From Tubiluchus corallicola (taxonomy: Eukaryota > Animalia > Priapulida): 64,000 bases of DNA. The translations under genes were made by a program, and so were the position numbers. The stretch is taken from contig JAQGDQ010000123.1 in assembly GCA_030141605.1 (NCBI GenBank), positions 496,001 through 560,000 on the forward strand. Reading direction: 5' to 3'. Positions within the stretch are counted from its first letter, which is position 1. Each line of letters begins with the position of its first letter. Positions 26,601 through 40,487 of the stretch are shown here, in pieces. A model generated the notes under the pieces. It was not told where the DNA came from and searched no databases. It saw only the letters and a list, made by a program, of their open reading frames with translations.

Positions 26601-29600
26601 AATCAGTAATCAGCACAGATATATTTTTACACATCACAAGTGCTTCCAAATATGCAATGACTTGACCTTTGTTCTCAGAAAAGCTTTATCTGGTGTTAAC
26701 GTTGAAAGATTGTGGAGTGCAAAAATGCATTACTCTGTAAACTGTAAAATTGTTCACAGGTCGATACAAAGTGGTCTCTAAAGCGTGGTCATCTTATCGT
26801 CACATTTATCTTTGAAAACTACTGGAGGCCACAGTTTACACTGTAGGAGGCTGAAGTTTGCACGAAGTTGGTGCGGACCATTGTGCAGAGCCCGATTTTT
26901 CAATTTTGAGGATTCTCTCAAATAAATGGTTCTTTTTAACGTTATTACGTCGTTGGGTTTTTTTCGTAAATGGATCTCCTTCAACACTGTTATTAATTTT
27001 TTTGTGAAAAACTGATTCCACGGTAACCATAAATGCTTTCTATGATTTTTTTATTGTAGCTATCAAATTTTACGAGAAGTAACTTTTGTTTTTCCTTTGA
27101 CACGGAATTAGTTTTTTAGTGGTATAATATTATTGTTATATATCATTGTGGATAACTATGGAAAACACTAGAAATAGACTCTTGTTAGGGGGGGGGGGGA
27201 GTTGAGCAATTAATATTTGTGTTAAAAAACTAAACATGTGCCTACGTATCCAGATAACTGCACAAAGAAAGTATCTGCTTTCACATATAGGAATGTTCAA
27301 AGTATAATAATGTAAACATACATTTTTAGTTTCAGCAATTTAGTCTAAACGTTTCATGCGTGCCGGTATCATTAAGCTTTAATTTGTGTTTTTCTGAGAT
27401 CTTGAATAGGAGGCTTGATTTTCCACTAAAGCCCCAGTTTTCCAAGTTTCTTCAGTTACGTATGGGCTACTCTAAACTTAACTATACCATCTTCATAAAA
27501 TTGGAGGCGCTAATTCTTCACTCTGTGAGTGTGGTTTAGTGAATTCTAGCTTTAGTGAACATTTTTTGTCCGAGTGTGTGCTTTATTCTAATCAAAGGGA
27601 TATACTGTTATACAACATTGCCAGGCATACTGGCTTGTCTAATTTCAAGCTAGTAGATATATTGTCAGATATAGAAGATGCTGACCCAAGAGATTTTGAT
27701 TTTGAAGCGATAATTGAAGGTCTTGTTTTATAGACAGCACTGAACGTTTAAGCAAACGGACACCATTTCAGTGTTAGAGTCACATTGCCATGTACTCCTT
27801 TTTCAGTTTTTGTGAGGAAATTTTCCCTTTTGATAAATAGCTCCTATTGTGTTGATTGAAACATCTGCGTGAACATTTCGTCCACAGATTTTGATGTGGA
27901 GAAAAAGCTTTATATAAGAAGCTACCTGTTATTCTTTTTTCAGTTTAAAACTCAAGTAAGGGATATAGCAAGGCCAGAATGGGATGACTACTATTACCTT
28001 CGATGGCTGAGAGGTATGCTAATAATTAACGAATACCAATAATAGATGACATCACTTTTATTAGTTTCACATCCTGAGTTTAAAATTAAAATAAACTTTG
28101 TTTTATACAAATCGTGGTTGAAGAATCCTTAGAAGAATTAGTTAGAATATGTATAAATGAAAAAGTTATTTCTCCCATTGACCATCATTTTGCTACCTTA
28201 TGAAAGTTTGTGATTTGACTGGCAGTGGTTTTGTCTATTATGACTGACACGTTACCCGCTAACTAATATCGATAATTAGGTTTTAGTGAAACTGATGTAC
28301 CTTTGCTATATTCAGGTATCTATTTGACGAAAATGACTGACGAAATGACATCAAAAAATGTTGTCCATAATTTGTCCATTGATCCCTTTAGTTGTAAAAA
28401 ACTCATTTAATTATCATTAAATCCACTTCAAAATTTCTATTTCAGCACGAGACTTTGAACTGAAGAAATCGGAGTTGATGCTTAGAAATGTAAGAATTCC
28501 ACTTTTTAATATGGTGTCTGAAGATTGTAATGACACACATTTAATTCTTAATGATAGGTAGATAAAACCACCCTAAAAGCAGCCAAGGTTTTAATAATTA
28601 TATACACGATGTACCTGCTTAGTTTATATTATCTTATAGAAATGTAAACATGTTTCAAAGGTTTTGGACCTACAACCAAAGATTAAGATTAAAATTGTTT
28701 ATTTATCAGCTTTAAGTTTGACAGTGCATAATAAACAAAACAGTAATTTTGACAATTTTACATACTAATCAGTATTTGCTAGTAGCTTACTTCATGTTAA
28801 AATTAAAGTTAATCATATGGAGAAAGGGTGGTGAACAACCACACAGTCAACTAAGTCAGCCACCCCAAAGTCGGCCTTATTTTGTAATGTACTGGTAATA
28901 TGGTGTATGAAATGGCATTTCATAATATTGTTTATGTGTTTGTAACAATAGAAAATTGCACTACCATTAGTAGCTTTGTGATATACATTAACAACACACA
29001 GTATGCATTATCTGTCTAACTTATATGTAATAAACATTCAGCTTTCCTTTGTAGGATGTCATTTGGCGAAAGCAGATTAATGCTGACAAACTATTGGAAG
29101 AATACAAAGTTCCAGAGGTACTGATCTTTGGGCATTGATAAATATCTTACATAATTTTCATATCATTTCTCTTGCTAACTGCAAAGACTGGGCCTTAATG
29201 CAGCATTACTGTGTGTGTAAGAAAAATGTATTATGGTCTGTGAATAGAAATTCTAATTTTTTTAAAATGTTGTTTTCTAGATAAACAGTCATTAAGGGTG
29301 CTGTGTTACTCTGAGTGGTTTAACGTTTGTTCCTTAAATTTATTAAAGTTATCCGTGTATTACTTGATCGTTAATGATTGATAGTACCATAAGTATTATG
29401 ACATAGCTTTCCATTTACTCTTCCACGTGTTATACATTACTATTTACAATGTTGCAATAATTGCTAAGCTTTACATCAAGTGGACTTAGGGGATTAGCTA
29501 TCGCTGCTTGTGTTTTCTCAGGTACAAAACATAAATTAGGACATAGAGGATAATGCAAATGCCAAGCTCGCTTAACACCCAAATTTTTAGCAAAACAAAA

Positions 29601-32600
29601 TATCCGTATTTGCATAGACACATATGTATCAATCAACTCATTAGAATATCGGATTCGCTATTATGCCAACTTTTTTTTAGTCCCAAATAAGGTGTAAAGA
29701 TTTCTGAACGTATATGTTTCTGCTCAATAAATAACGGTATAATGCTTCTGAATTACCAGTAAACTATGACCAGTCAGCAACGTCATCCGTATTTCGATAA
29801 CGGACATGTGCAAATGCAACCCAAGTCGAGCTGATGCTCATATGCTGGCAACTTGAAGTGTAGGGCAAATAACCATGAATAGTTTTGCTTTGAGTTGACA
29901 AGCAACCATTAAATGTGCAGCATTTTGCTGAGGAATTAGTATTTCTTTTGCTAAAGATCTAAGAGAACAAAAAAAAGTTGCTGCTTGAAAAGTTACTCCA
30001 CTTTTCATTTTACTATAAGTTTAAGTTACAACACGATCACATTCTACTGTGAGTTGATTGCTTGTACAGTAGTGATGTGTCATGTGAGCAAGTTGCTTAC
30101 GACTGTTCCTGCTTTCCGTAATAAAATTTCTCATAACAAAATGGAGTGCCCATTCTTATGGTCTGCAGCAGCTACAAAATCAGAAGTGACAATCTCAATA
30201 TTAATTTGCTGCCACACAAGTGAAGTTCAGTGGATAAGATGTCACTTAAGCGACAAAATCTTTAACTTGTGAAAAAAGCGTAAAAGTTATTATATGAGTA
30301 GTTTAAATTTTGGGCTTTCTATTCGAAAGTATACCTGTGTCTAGTCAGATGCCATCACACGTAAATTCTTACCAAATTTATGAGGGATAATGGGATTACG
30401 TTATATGTGCCAAGGCGATCTTTGCAGATATCCTAACATGCGCAATTATAAAATTATCGGTTCCAGCTGTCAGTCCTTCTGTCTCCATTTTTTCTTGGCT
30501 CTGGAGTAATGTTGGAAGTTGATACTTTGCACAGTGGTAGGGCAAGGTTCAAGCTTAGAGCTTGTAGATTTTGGGGTCATGTGGCACAAATATGAATTTT
30601 TTTACTCTTCACATTTATCGATGTTCTACAATATTACCTATCACCCAGGTATATTTGATATATAAATTTTAGTGACATCAAAATTGATTTATGATTCATT
30701 AGCAACGCAGTCAGTAAAATATATTAAGCCCTTACAATGGTGTCTACGTTTCTTCACAGTCATTACTATAATGTCTTTTGGATTAATATTACAATCCAAT
30801 GCAGAAGATACATTTTAGTTAAAATAAATTTTGAATCTGGATCTAGATTTAACGTGAAATATATTATGATTATGATACCATATTGTGATAGTGGCTGTAC
30901 AGAGGTTTAGTACATTTTAAGTGGAGGCCACTATACATGTCAATTGCAGTACCTAGCCTCGACGTACATTGATTTCATCGGGCAACTATGCCTATGTACT
31001 GAGACTCCAGCTAAAGATGCTGTTGTCTTAAATTTTGTAAAACGAATGTATTTGACAATTATTTTGCATTTCAATCACGAATGATGTCAATTCTCAACTT
31101 GTGTGTAGTTTCTGGAAAGCCTTGTTATATTTCTTGTGATAGGACATAGGAAACTAGAACTAATTTTTCCATTTAATTTGTCACTACAGTATAGTATAAT
31201 ATGATTATCAATGTAACATAGGGTAGCACCTGATTATTGTTTTAAGCTGTGTGCATAGGCTAGTGATAAATCCATTTTTCAAGTATTTTTCTAAGTTGTG
31301 GGTACAAGGCTACAAGCACTTCGTTTGCTGAATAAACTGTCATGTAAACAGTTTGGAATTTTAATATAAGAAAGTCGGATTGATTTCTTGATACAAAAAT
31401 TAATGATTTCTGCAGGTTTTGCTAAAATACTCTCCAAAAGGAATATGCGGAGAAGATAGGGAAGGCCATCCTGTCATGTACTATTATTTTGATCTGGATC
31501 TAAAAGGTAAACGCAGGCATGTCCATTAGTTAATTGCATTGCTTTGTACTATTTTAATAGCTGCACAAATAAAGATGCATTAGCTGAAAGCTTGAGCTCA
31601 GTCTTGAAGTCCTGTTCGAATTCTTTCTTTGGCATAGAGGAGTATGCCATAACTATTGTCATAATTAAGGATAACTGTCTCGGTCTAAATATGAGTTAAT
31701 CCAATTATACAGTGTTGTGTTGTGCTATTACTGATTGGATTGATTTTTTTCCTACTGCTGCTGAGTAAATTGTGATTTTGGGGTTTGTGTGTGCATGCGT
31801 GAATGAATGAATGAATGAGTGAATGAATGAACTAAAACTTGTTACTAGTTAAATTACTTTTAATATTTTAAGGTTTTTGAATGACTGAATTTATAAAGGA
31901 ATTGAAATTTGTTATTGATCAAAGTATGTTTATGCTAGTACTGGATAATATGTGAAAAGTGACATAATATTATAATGTGTTTTGCATGAAATATACAGTC
32001 TGCTATAAGGAATCATTCTATATTTTAGTGGATGCATTATATCAATTAGTTCATAATTTTGCATTTATCTTAGGCATGGTACACTCTGCTACTAGAAATG
32101 ATGCACTAAAGTCCATGGCTCATGAACTTGAAAAAATGTACAAAGCCATGGAAGCGCAATCAAAAAAGGTAGGTGTATATATGTTGGAATGAAAACATTT
32201 TGTAAAAAAATTCCCTGCAACATGTTGTATTTTTGTTTATACCTGCTAAGTAACCTCTTACTGAATATTCTAAACCATGTATAAGTCAGTTCTTTACCTT
32301 AATATGCCAAATGTTTTGTTTTTAAGAGTGTTAAGTATCAATAAGTGTTTTAAACATAATTAATATAATTGCTCACATATAAATTTTTATTGATAAAATT
32401 ACTGTCAGTATGTGGAATATCTGAAATGACATTTGCCAACTACTTACTTTCGTTATTGCAAAGTCATACGTAACCTGTATCATATTCTTTGTTATATTTT
32501 TTTCTTAGCACGATAAGAAAATAGAGGGCATTACAGTTGTGTTTGACCTAGAGAATCTTGCCCTGAAACATGTTACATACAAGCCTGGTATGTATGATGT

Positions 32601-35600
32601 CTGAGGTAGATGAGTGCAAAAAGTTCTGTGTATGTGGTCATTCTATTGATGTACAATCAGTGATCATCGTTTATTATAAGGGTGGGAATTTCGAATAATT
32701 TATTCTTCGAAGATTCGAGGAAAACATTTTTGAATAATCGAATGTTCGCCCCTGAGATATTTGACCTCGGTAGTCCACTCATGGAAATAGACAAACGCAA
32801 AATACAGGGCAGCAGTTACTGTACCACTGTAGATGTTAACAGATGAACTGATATGATAAATTATGCATACCACACTCTTATCTGGATTGAACTGTGGTGT
32901 TAATTACTGCAATATCACTGCATTACTTAGGGCTGTACATGATTGAATATAGGGCTTGTTGATTTTTTAATAACTTGTTTTTGCATAATAAACATTTTAC
33001 TGTGTTTGAATGGGACTTTTTCGAAATGTTCCCATACCGAGTTCTGCTGTTTGTTGTCATATGGACAATTAAATATATATCCAACTTCCCAGTGAATTAG
33101 TATTGCCCAGGCAATGAGCTGACATTGGTGTAATTGTTTTTCGGCTGTATGGGAGCAAAGACAGCAGATTCTTTTCATCGGGACAATGATGTTCGCTTAG
33201 TGCCAAGGTTTTTGTCTCCGCAAATGTGTGGGTGGTATTCAATATGTGGTCAATGCAGTGTGTAGCAGAATTGGATAGTATTTTATTTGAAGCTTCAAAT
33301 TATCGTTATTTGTGTACACCCCTAGTTTATTATTCGTTCAAAACAAGCTCTGAGAAGTGGTTACAGTCCCATTGACTACAGGTTGATACTCGAGGTATAT
33401 TCATGGCTTTCAGAAGCTACTTACTGCCGACAACTGAATTTAGAAATGACAATGTCTTAGATATTGCCCTGTATCAATCTTTAAAAAACCTGAACACTAA
33501 TTTATTTACATATGATTAACGTTTTTCTTCGTGTAGGTATAGATATGTGCCTAGATTTACTGCGGATGATGGAGGATCATTATCCAGAGACTTTGTACAA
33601 ACTAAATGTTGTAAATGGTAAGTGTAGCTACCTGACTCTAACCATAGATATTAAACACATTGTGTTTTGTACTTAATTTGTAGTGTAAGTTTTGTCTTTG
33701 CTTTTACATATCATCGTATAACGTGTTTTCTAAACTAGTAAAGTAATACTCGATTTACACCATTTAGAAAATTAGTTTGTACCTAGACTTATTGTTCTGA
33801 ATTAGTTTATACCTAGACCTATTGTTCTGAACTAGTCTGTACCTAGACCTATTGTTCTGAATTAATCTGTACCTAGACCTATTGCTCTGAATTAATCTGT
33901 ACTTAGATCTATTGTTCTGAATTAATCTGTACTTAGACCTGTTGTTCTGAATTAATCTGTACCTAGACCTATTGTTTTGAATTAATCTGTACCTAGACCT
34001 ATTATTCTGAATTGGTCTGTACTTAGACCTATTGTTCTGAATTAGTCTGTACCTAGGCCTATTGTTCTGAATTAGTCTGTACTTAGACCTATTGTTCTGA
34101 ATTAGTCTGTACTTAGACCTATTGTTCTGAATTAGTCTGTACTTAGACCTATTGTTCTGAATTGGTCTGTACTTGGACCTATTGTTCTGAATTAGTCTGT
34201 ACCTAGGCCTATTGTTCTGAATTAGTCTGTACTTAGACCTATTGTTCTGAATTAGTCAGTACTTAGACCTATTGTTCTGAATTAGTCTGTGTCTAGACCT
34301 ATTGTTCAGAATTAGCCTGTGCCTAAACCTATTGTTCTGAATTAGTCTGTGCCTAGACCTATTGCAGTTAAATGGTAAAGTTACAGATCTGGCTATTTTC
34401 TGCATTGTTTTTGTTTAATAACTGTAAACAGGGATCATGAGACAATTCTCTTTACACTATCTAATTTTGAATTAGTGTAGTTGCTGGACTAGAATGAGTA
34501 GTGTAAATAAAAATTTTCACGAAGTACTATTTTGTTTTACAGCACCAAAGATTTTTCCTATTGCCTATGCTATTGTGAAGCCATTTCTAACACAGCACAC
34601 ACGAAATAAAATTCGAATACATAGCGGTAAGAAGTCTATAAATATGTAACAGAGGCTGGAAGATAATTTTGACTATATGATTGTTTAAAGTGTAAATATG
34701 AAATATGTAATTAATGTAATTACTGTATAAAGCTTTATTTAGTTAATTTGACTGGAGAGCAAACTGCTATTACAATTTGTGCAGAATAATAAAATAAGTT
34801 TAATTTCAAAGACTTATATGTTTTTTGGATTTCCTTAATTTTAACTAAAGAAGTCATTTTTTCAGATTAGATTACAAACTAATTGCTGAGAGAATCAGTC
34901 ATTAATGTTAAGATGCTTAATCATTTCGTGTAATAGAAAATTATTTAAAAATTCTGAAAATTAGGCATGCTCACTAATTGTGGCCAAACATTTTGTGTGT
35001 TTGGCTTGTGGCAGATGACAGTTGGTTGTTCTTTAACAAGACAGTGCTGTTGGTTAGTCAGCTCCAACATAGCAGTTTTAGTTGATGAAATCAAGTTATT
35101 GTTAAACTCATACAGTCTTACCTCATTATAATGCCAACCTCGCTTAATGCTCATATTTTCAGCAAAACAAAATGTCTATATTTGTGCAGATGTAAGTATT
35201 AATACACCTTGTTATAATGCCAAATTCACTTAATGCCAACTTTTTTGCAGTCCCAAATTGGGCAGTAAGAGGAGGTTTGATTATATTATGGAACACTTTA
35301 ATTTTTCAGATAACTGGCAACAGCTAATACTTGATGATATAGCAATGGAAGAGGTTCCAGTGTTCTTTGGTGGTCAGAACAGAGGTCCAGATGGTGATCC
35401 CAAGTGTTCTCATCTTGTATGCAGCACTTGTTTGTTTGTTTATTTTTCTTCTTTAAATTAAAGATCACAGTCAAACCTTAACAGCCTGGTCTTCATTAAT
35501 ATTTGTTGCCGTAACTTAAATGCAACGGTGGGTGGCTGCAGTATATTGTATCATATTCTGTACTGGACTGCAACGTTATAGACAAAAGTTTGGAGTACTT

Positions 35601-38600
35601 TTTGTTAACTCTAGATTGCCTGTAATTTAGAGAGAGAAAATGTCTATGTTTTGCAAGTTACTCTTAACAGTACAAAGAAGAGATTTCTTACTAGCCAGTA
35701 TGTCCCACGTAAACAGATAATTTGCATGCTATCATATTTTGTACTGGACAGCAACGGTCTAGACAAAAATTTGGAGTAGTTTTTGTTAACTCTAAATTTT
35801 TATTATTAAAAAAAAGAGAAAATGTCTCTATGTTTCTTAATAGCACCAAAAGAGAACAACTGCTGCTGAGAGATTCCATGTAATCAAAGAATTTACCCTC
35901 CATTTGTGGGATATACTAGTTATTCTCAGTGCTGTTAAAGAGTGTAAAAATTCTTGTTGCTGTTTAATGTGAATATGAATGATCAAGTCCGATCCGCCGG
36001 CAGGTTGATAATGTTAGTATAATATAATGTATGCAGATTAGTGAGAATATTTTGACTATGAGAAACCAATATGTCATTCAAGAGCTGAACATAATTGCAC
36101 ATTTGTTTGTTGATAATTATTTAAGAATAAATTTGCATTTTGGGTGCCTTGTGGTTTTGCTCAGTGTTCTGATTGGCTGTATTAGAGGTTTCATTTTGAT
36201 GAATTTGTTCATCAGTGAATTCAGTTAATGAAACCGTTAAGTCAAGGTTGCTTTTCGTTGATATGTTTACCGTATATACTCGCATATAAGCCTACATCGC
36301 ATATAAGCCGACCCCCTAACACTGCTTTAAAATGGCCAGTTTTTGCAAAAACCCGTATATAAGCCGACCATCAACTTGTCTAATTTGACTCCATACCCAA
36401 TCAACAAAATTCATCCCTTTTTGTCACATTTTGTTACATTTTCTTTTTTCTCCAGGCATGGTGTATTGCACAAATAATTTTACAACTAAAATTATCAAAA
36501 TTCAGCACACTTTTAAATTCTGTGGCCGCGTGCTCACGTTTGCCTCATTGGTTTGCTGTTCCTCTATAAGCCACGTGACCCTCGTCTCCCCACGCGCTGC
36601 CTACCAATTGGCTGATGACGTCGGCTTGGTTACGGCTCGCAACTGGTGACACACAGTGGTGTATTGCTAAATAAAAAGTAGGTGGACGGCTAGTCTCAAG
36701 ACTTACCATTTTACATTCACAAATTTGAAAGAAATTGACATTATTTAAAACCGTTTTTTGAAAAAATGAAAACAAGTAGATTTAATATTAAACCTGTATA
36801 CATTTTTAATGTTTTTTATCTAATGAATACAAAAAGCAGACATTTATTGAATTGTGAATTTTTTCTAAAAAAAAAAGTGGGTGGACGGCGATCCCCCACG
36901 ATCCCCCTCCAATACACCACTGGTGACACACAACCAAATAAAGAGTCAGATAGCGATGAAAATGTGTGGCTGGAAAATTGGCATTAGTGTCTGTCCTTGT
37001 GTTCATTTTGTTTCATGTGCATATAAGCCGACCCCCTGATTTCAGTATTGTATTTTACAGTTCTAAATTCGGCTTATATGCGAGTATATACGGTATGTTT
37101 CGCTTTTTATTTGTCAAAACAGTTAAATCATTTCAACTGCAAGGTTTGTTTTACTTAATAATTTGTATACTTTTCAATTAATTTTTCATATACACTAAGT
37201 GCCTTATTAATTGTGGTGTTTCTTTTGCAATATTTCAGATTTGTTATGGAGGGGAAATCCCAAAAAGCTATTACCTTCAAAACAACAAAGAAGCTATAGA
37301 TAAGACTAAGATGGACATGGCTGTTGTGAACAAGAGGGCAAATTTTTATGTTGAACATCATGTAGGAAAGGCAGGGTCCATAATCAGGTAATGAATGACG
37401 GACTTTAAGTAGATTTCTGATTTTCTAGTAAAACAGCAAATCGTGTTTTCAAATAAAATTGAAAGAGCCCTGTTGACAAAAAGAATGTCCGAAATAAGGA
37501 AGGTGTCATTGTAGATTTTTATACTCATCCTTCCCATTATTTAAAGAATTTATGCATATTATCAGCCATAGTGACAAAATTTCTGCAGAGTAAAGTGGTC
37601 TTTTCTTTCTACCAATTAGCAATCTGTTCTAGTCCTATATTTCCACATTTCTCTATGTCATGTTATGTCTGCAAACAAAAACTCTCAAATATATGCATTT
37701 TTGTACCCAAATTAAGTTAAATTGCTTGGAGAAGTATTCTGAGAAAATTTTGTCTGCAAAAATATAACAGTGTTGTACTGTTTGACTAATAATATTTTAT
37801 ATTTTGTCCTGACATGTAGGTAAGTTTATAATCAAGGGCGGATACTGGCTTTTGAAAAATGGTGGGCCCAACAAAAGGCAGTTAATGGGTCTGGGGAAGC
37901 ATTGTAATATTCAGCAATATAGTGGTATACAGTGTACATGGTGTACTTAAATTTCATGTGTTTTGAAAAGTAGAACTCTTGTGATATAGGATTTTTATAG
38001 GTATTAAATTTTAGTAAAGCCACTGCTAGGATTTAGCAAATCGTTCTAATGCTTATAATCCAGAGAAAATATTTATTTGATGTGTTGTAAGTGCTACTGT
38101 GAAAGGGGAGCAGGTTTCTTAGACCCATCCTCTAAATCTGCAACTGATAATCCATAACCTGATCCTGAAAGGTATGGCTAGGTAGTTGCTAATTGTCTCT
38201 AAGCAGCCCTAATCAGAAAACATTATAACTGCAAATGTTAAACATTTGGTGGGTTTTCTGTGTTTTAAATATTTAGTATAACTGATTTGTTATAATTGTT
38301 TAGGTTAACGCTTCTAGTGGACCAAGTCATTTTCTTTAAAAGAGATGCACAGATAGATCTTGTTTTGATGTCTCACCAGCTTTGCTTATCACTAGTATAT
38401 CTGTATTAACAAAAAGCAGGCAACCTTATAGATTTTTTTATAATGCTGTCACACTGATCTGTTTGCAATAATTAAAACTGTCGATGTCTAAAATAAGCAC
38501 TGTAAAGTAGCTTTGGTTGAGCCATCGTTCTTCATGGGTATTGGCCATTTATAAACGTCTTTGTTTCCTACTACAAGTTAATTTTGGTTTGTTTGCAGGT

Positions 38601-40035
38601 GGGAGTTCATCACAGACGAAAATGACATTGGCTTTGGCTTGTACCTGAAAACGGATGGCACTCCCATTGAAAAACTCAAACCGTCTGATTTAACGAATGT
38701 GCGAAGCTTGCAGCGGTGTAACTGCCATCTAGTGCCAGAGACAGGAAGTTTCATTGCAGAAGTTCCAGGCATATGTAAGTATATGATTATGCATTTGTGC
38801 AGCCCATCTTAGTTTTTTTAGCAAACACTATTGTTAGCCAGTTTCTGGATGAGTTAGTGCTTGTCACATAGTTCTTCTAGTTAGTTGAAAAGCATCTTTA
38901 ATGTTATTTATAGAACAGAAGAACAGAGGACAGAGATGCTTATCTATGCAGTGACAAGTAGGAGTGAGCATCGAATGTTCGAGTTTGAACATTCAAATCA
39001 AATTCGAACGAGTTTTTTTAGTTTGAATTCGATTCGAATGTAAAACTATAGATTCCAATATTCAGCACTTCAATCACATACATTCTTTATCATTAAAGTG
39101 ATTGAAACATCATGCAATTAGCATAATTCAGCTGTGATTTCTGTGCACAATTTTAAACAAATTATTAGTGTTTTTTCAAATTCGATTCTATAGATTCGAA
39201 TATTCATCACTTCAATCACATACATTTTTTATCATTAAAATGATCGAAACATCATGCAATTAGCATAATTTAGCTGTGATTTCTGTGCACAATTTCAAAC
39301 AAATTATTAGTGGTTTTACTGCAGAACAAAATCGAGTAATATGTATGATCCTTGTAAGACTATTTTACTGGTGATTCGAAAACTTGTTTGAAAATCTTTC
39401 AATTTGAATTTGAATTTGAAATACTGAAGCTCGTTTCGATTCGAATTTGCTTTCTGGCAGAGAATGCTCACCCCTAATGACAAGGTCGTTCAACCCTGTA
39501 GGGGATGTTAGTAGATCTGGTATTTCAGAAAATTATTTCAATGGTAGTCTAGTCCTCGTCTGGAGCTTAGACTACAAAATGATCTAATTAAATTTCAAAG
39601 AGTAAGCTCTTTACAGACAGTAATTTAACATAAAAGTTACAAGGCATGAACAGAGTGAATTTTTTCAGACTGATTTTTTTTCATCAGTTATTTGACAATT
39701 ATGCATTAAAAATTGATATATAATTAAGCTATTTGCGCAATCGATGATTAGATTGCTCTAACTGTTGCTGTATGCGACTTTCCAGATATGGAAGAAAGCT
39801 GTTTTTTTGTTTAAAATGCTGAAGAACAATTGGAAGCATATTGTTATAGTACTTTACAGCAAATGAATATTGCAGGTATTCTGTTTCGTGCAGCAAGCCA
39901 CACTTGTAAAATTTCTTAGCGGAGTTTATTGTATTGTTTTTAGATGTCACGTTATTCGACAATTCGTACAGTTGGACAAAGAACAAAACACTATGGTATA
40001 AGGTTGATGTTCTTTCGCCTGATGATCGCTTGTAA
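23634..40035 (+). CDS. SEC14L2: SEC14-like lipid-binding protein (SEC14L2/3/4 type: CRAL-TRIO N, CRAL-TRIO, GOLD), 13 coding exons, 394 aa
   Basis: Exons: 23634-23687 (MSGYFGDLSPTQSETLAE), 27944-28013 (DDYYYLRWLR), 28446-28489 (ARDFELKKSELMLRN), 29055-29117, 31416-31506, 32074-32168, 32509-32587 (ITVVFDLENL), 33537-33617 (EDHYPETL), 34543-34626 (APKIFPIAYAIVKPFL), 35310-35416 (PVFFGG..GPDGDPKC), 37239-37387 (ICYGGEIPKSYY), 38599-38774 (WEFITDENDIGFG..LVPETGS), 39944-40035 (YVTLFDNSYSW...*). All GT-AG, phases consistent, 1185 nt total. The symbol marks the family; orthology within SEC14L2/3/4 is not resolvable. Confidence 0.95.
32677..33324. mobile_element. Non-autonomous hAT-type MITE in a SEC14-like intron
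   Basis: Termini TAAGGGTG / CACCCCTA with a perfect 8-bp TSD GTTTATTA (32669-32676, 33325-33332). Subterminal TTCGAA repeats. Confidence 0.75.
33770..34365. repeat. 30-bp minisatellite, consensus ATTAGTCTGTACTTAGACCTATTGTTCTGA, about 20 copies, in SEC14-like intron 8
   Basis: Exact 30-nt period visible in register with the 60-nt lines, with substitutions only. Confidence 0.97.
35112..35285. mobile_element. Small Tigger/pogo-like MITE remnant; a related copy lies at ~29550-29690
   Basis: TA|CAGTC start and a degenerate GAGGTTTGATTA end. It shares ATGCCAA-CTCGCTTAA...TTTTAGCAAAACAAAAT...ATGCCAACTTTTTT..AGTCCCAAAT with the 29.6 kb copy. Confidence 0.5.
36270..37093. mobile_element. Non-autonomous Tc1/mariner (Tc2/pogo-like) element
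   Basis: Perfect 23-bp TIR CCGTATATACTCGCATATAAGCC at both ends and a TA TSD (36268-36269, 37094-37095). Subterminal ATATAAGCCGACC repeats. Confidence 0.9.
36654..36922. mobile_element. hAT-type MITE nested inside the Tc2-like element
   Basis: Perfect 13-bp TIR CAGTGGTGTATTG / CAATACACCACTG and a perfect 8-bp TSD GTGACACA (36646-36653, 36923-36930). Confidence 0.9.
38959..39476. mobile_element. Non-autonomous hAT-type MITE with an internal ~142-bp direct duplication
   Basis: TIR TAGGAGTGAGCAT / ATGCTCACCCCTA and an 8-bp TSD GTGACAAG / ATGACAAG (1 mismatch). TTCGAA/TTCGAT arrays. Duplicated block at ~39047-39170 and ~39189-39313. Confidence 0.8.
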
Positions 40036-40207
40036 AGTCTGTTCATTGTCGAGTCTTCCAGACACTTTCAGGCTTCGAGTAACAGGTATAAAGATTTGCA
40101 AAGGATATGAATTTTTGCATTAACCAAAGACCATTGCTTGTCTTTATGGCAAGTGTCACTGTGGTATGGTTGTATACATACAGGGCAGTAGCGTGACAAA
40201 GTTATTA

Positions 40208-40487
40208 CAGTAAAGTCTCAGTTAACCAGACTGATAGTCAATTATGGCAAATAACTGATTCTTGGCTAATTTGCCATAGTTATAAATCACACTACATTTA
40301 TTTGTTGCATTGTATGTAGGGTTAATTGGAAATGATGAATGTTTGAAGTATTCAGGTTTTAAGGGTCAAAAACTTCGAAAAGCAGTGCTTGACCATGTAT
40401 TTAAACACAAGGTATAAAACGTGCTACAAATAAAACACGAACTCGTTCGTTTGGTTAATAAGTGTTCGAGTAATTGAGATTCTACTG
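40208..40487. mobile_element. Tigger/pogo-like MITE just downstream of the SEC14-like stop codon
   Basis: TIR CAGTAAAGTCTCAGTTA versus reverse-complemented end CAGTAGAATCTCAATTA (14/17 identical), with TA on both sides. Confidence 0.7.

Noticed and set aside
14583-34365. The 29-bp and 30-bp arrays as CRISPR arrays or hammerhead-ribozyme repeats
   Set aside because: Units are contiguous with no unique spacers, there are no cas genes and the context is eukaryotic. The hammerhead core CTGANGA...GAAA is not present in the units.
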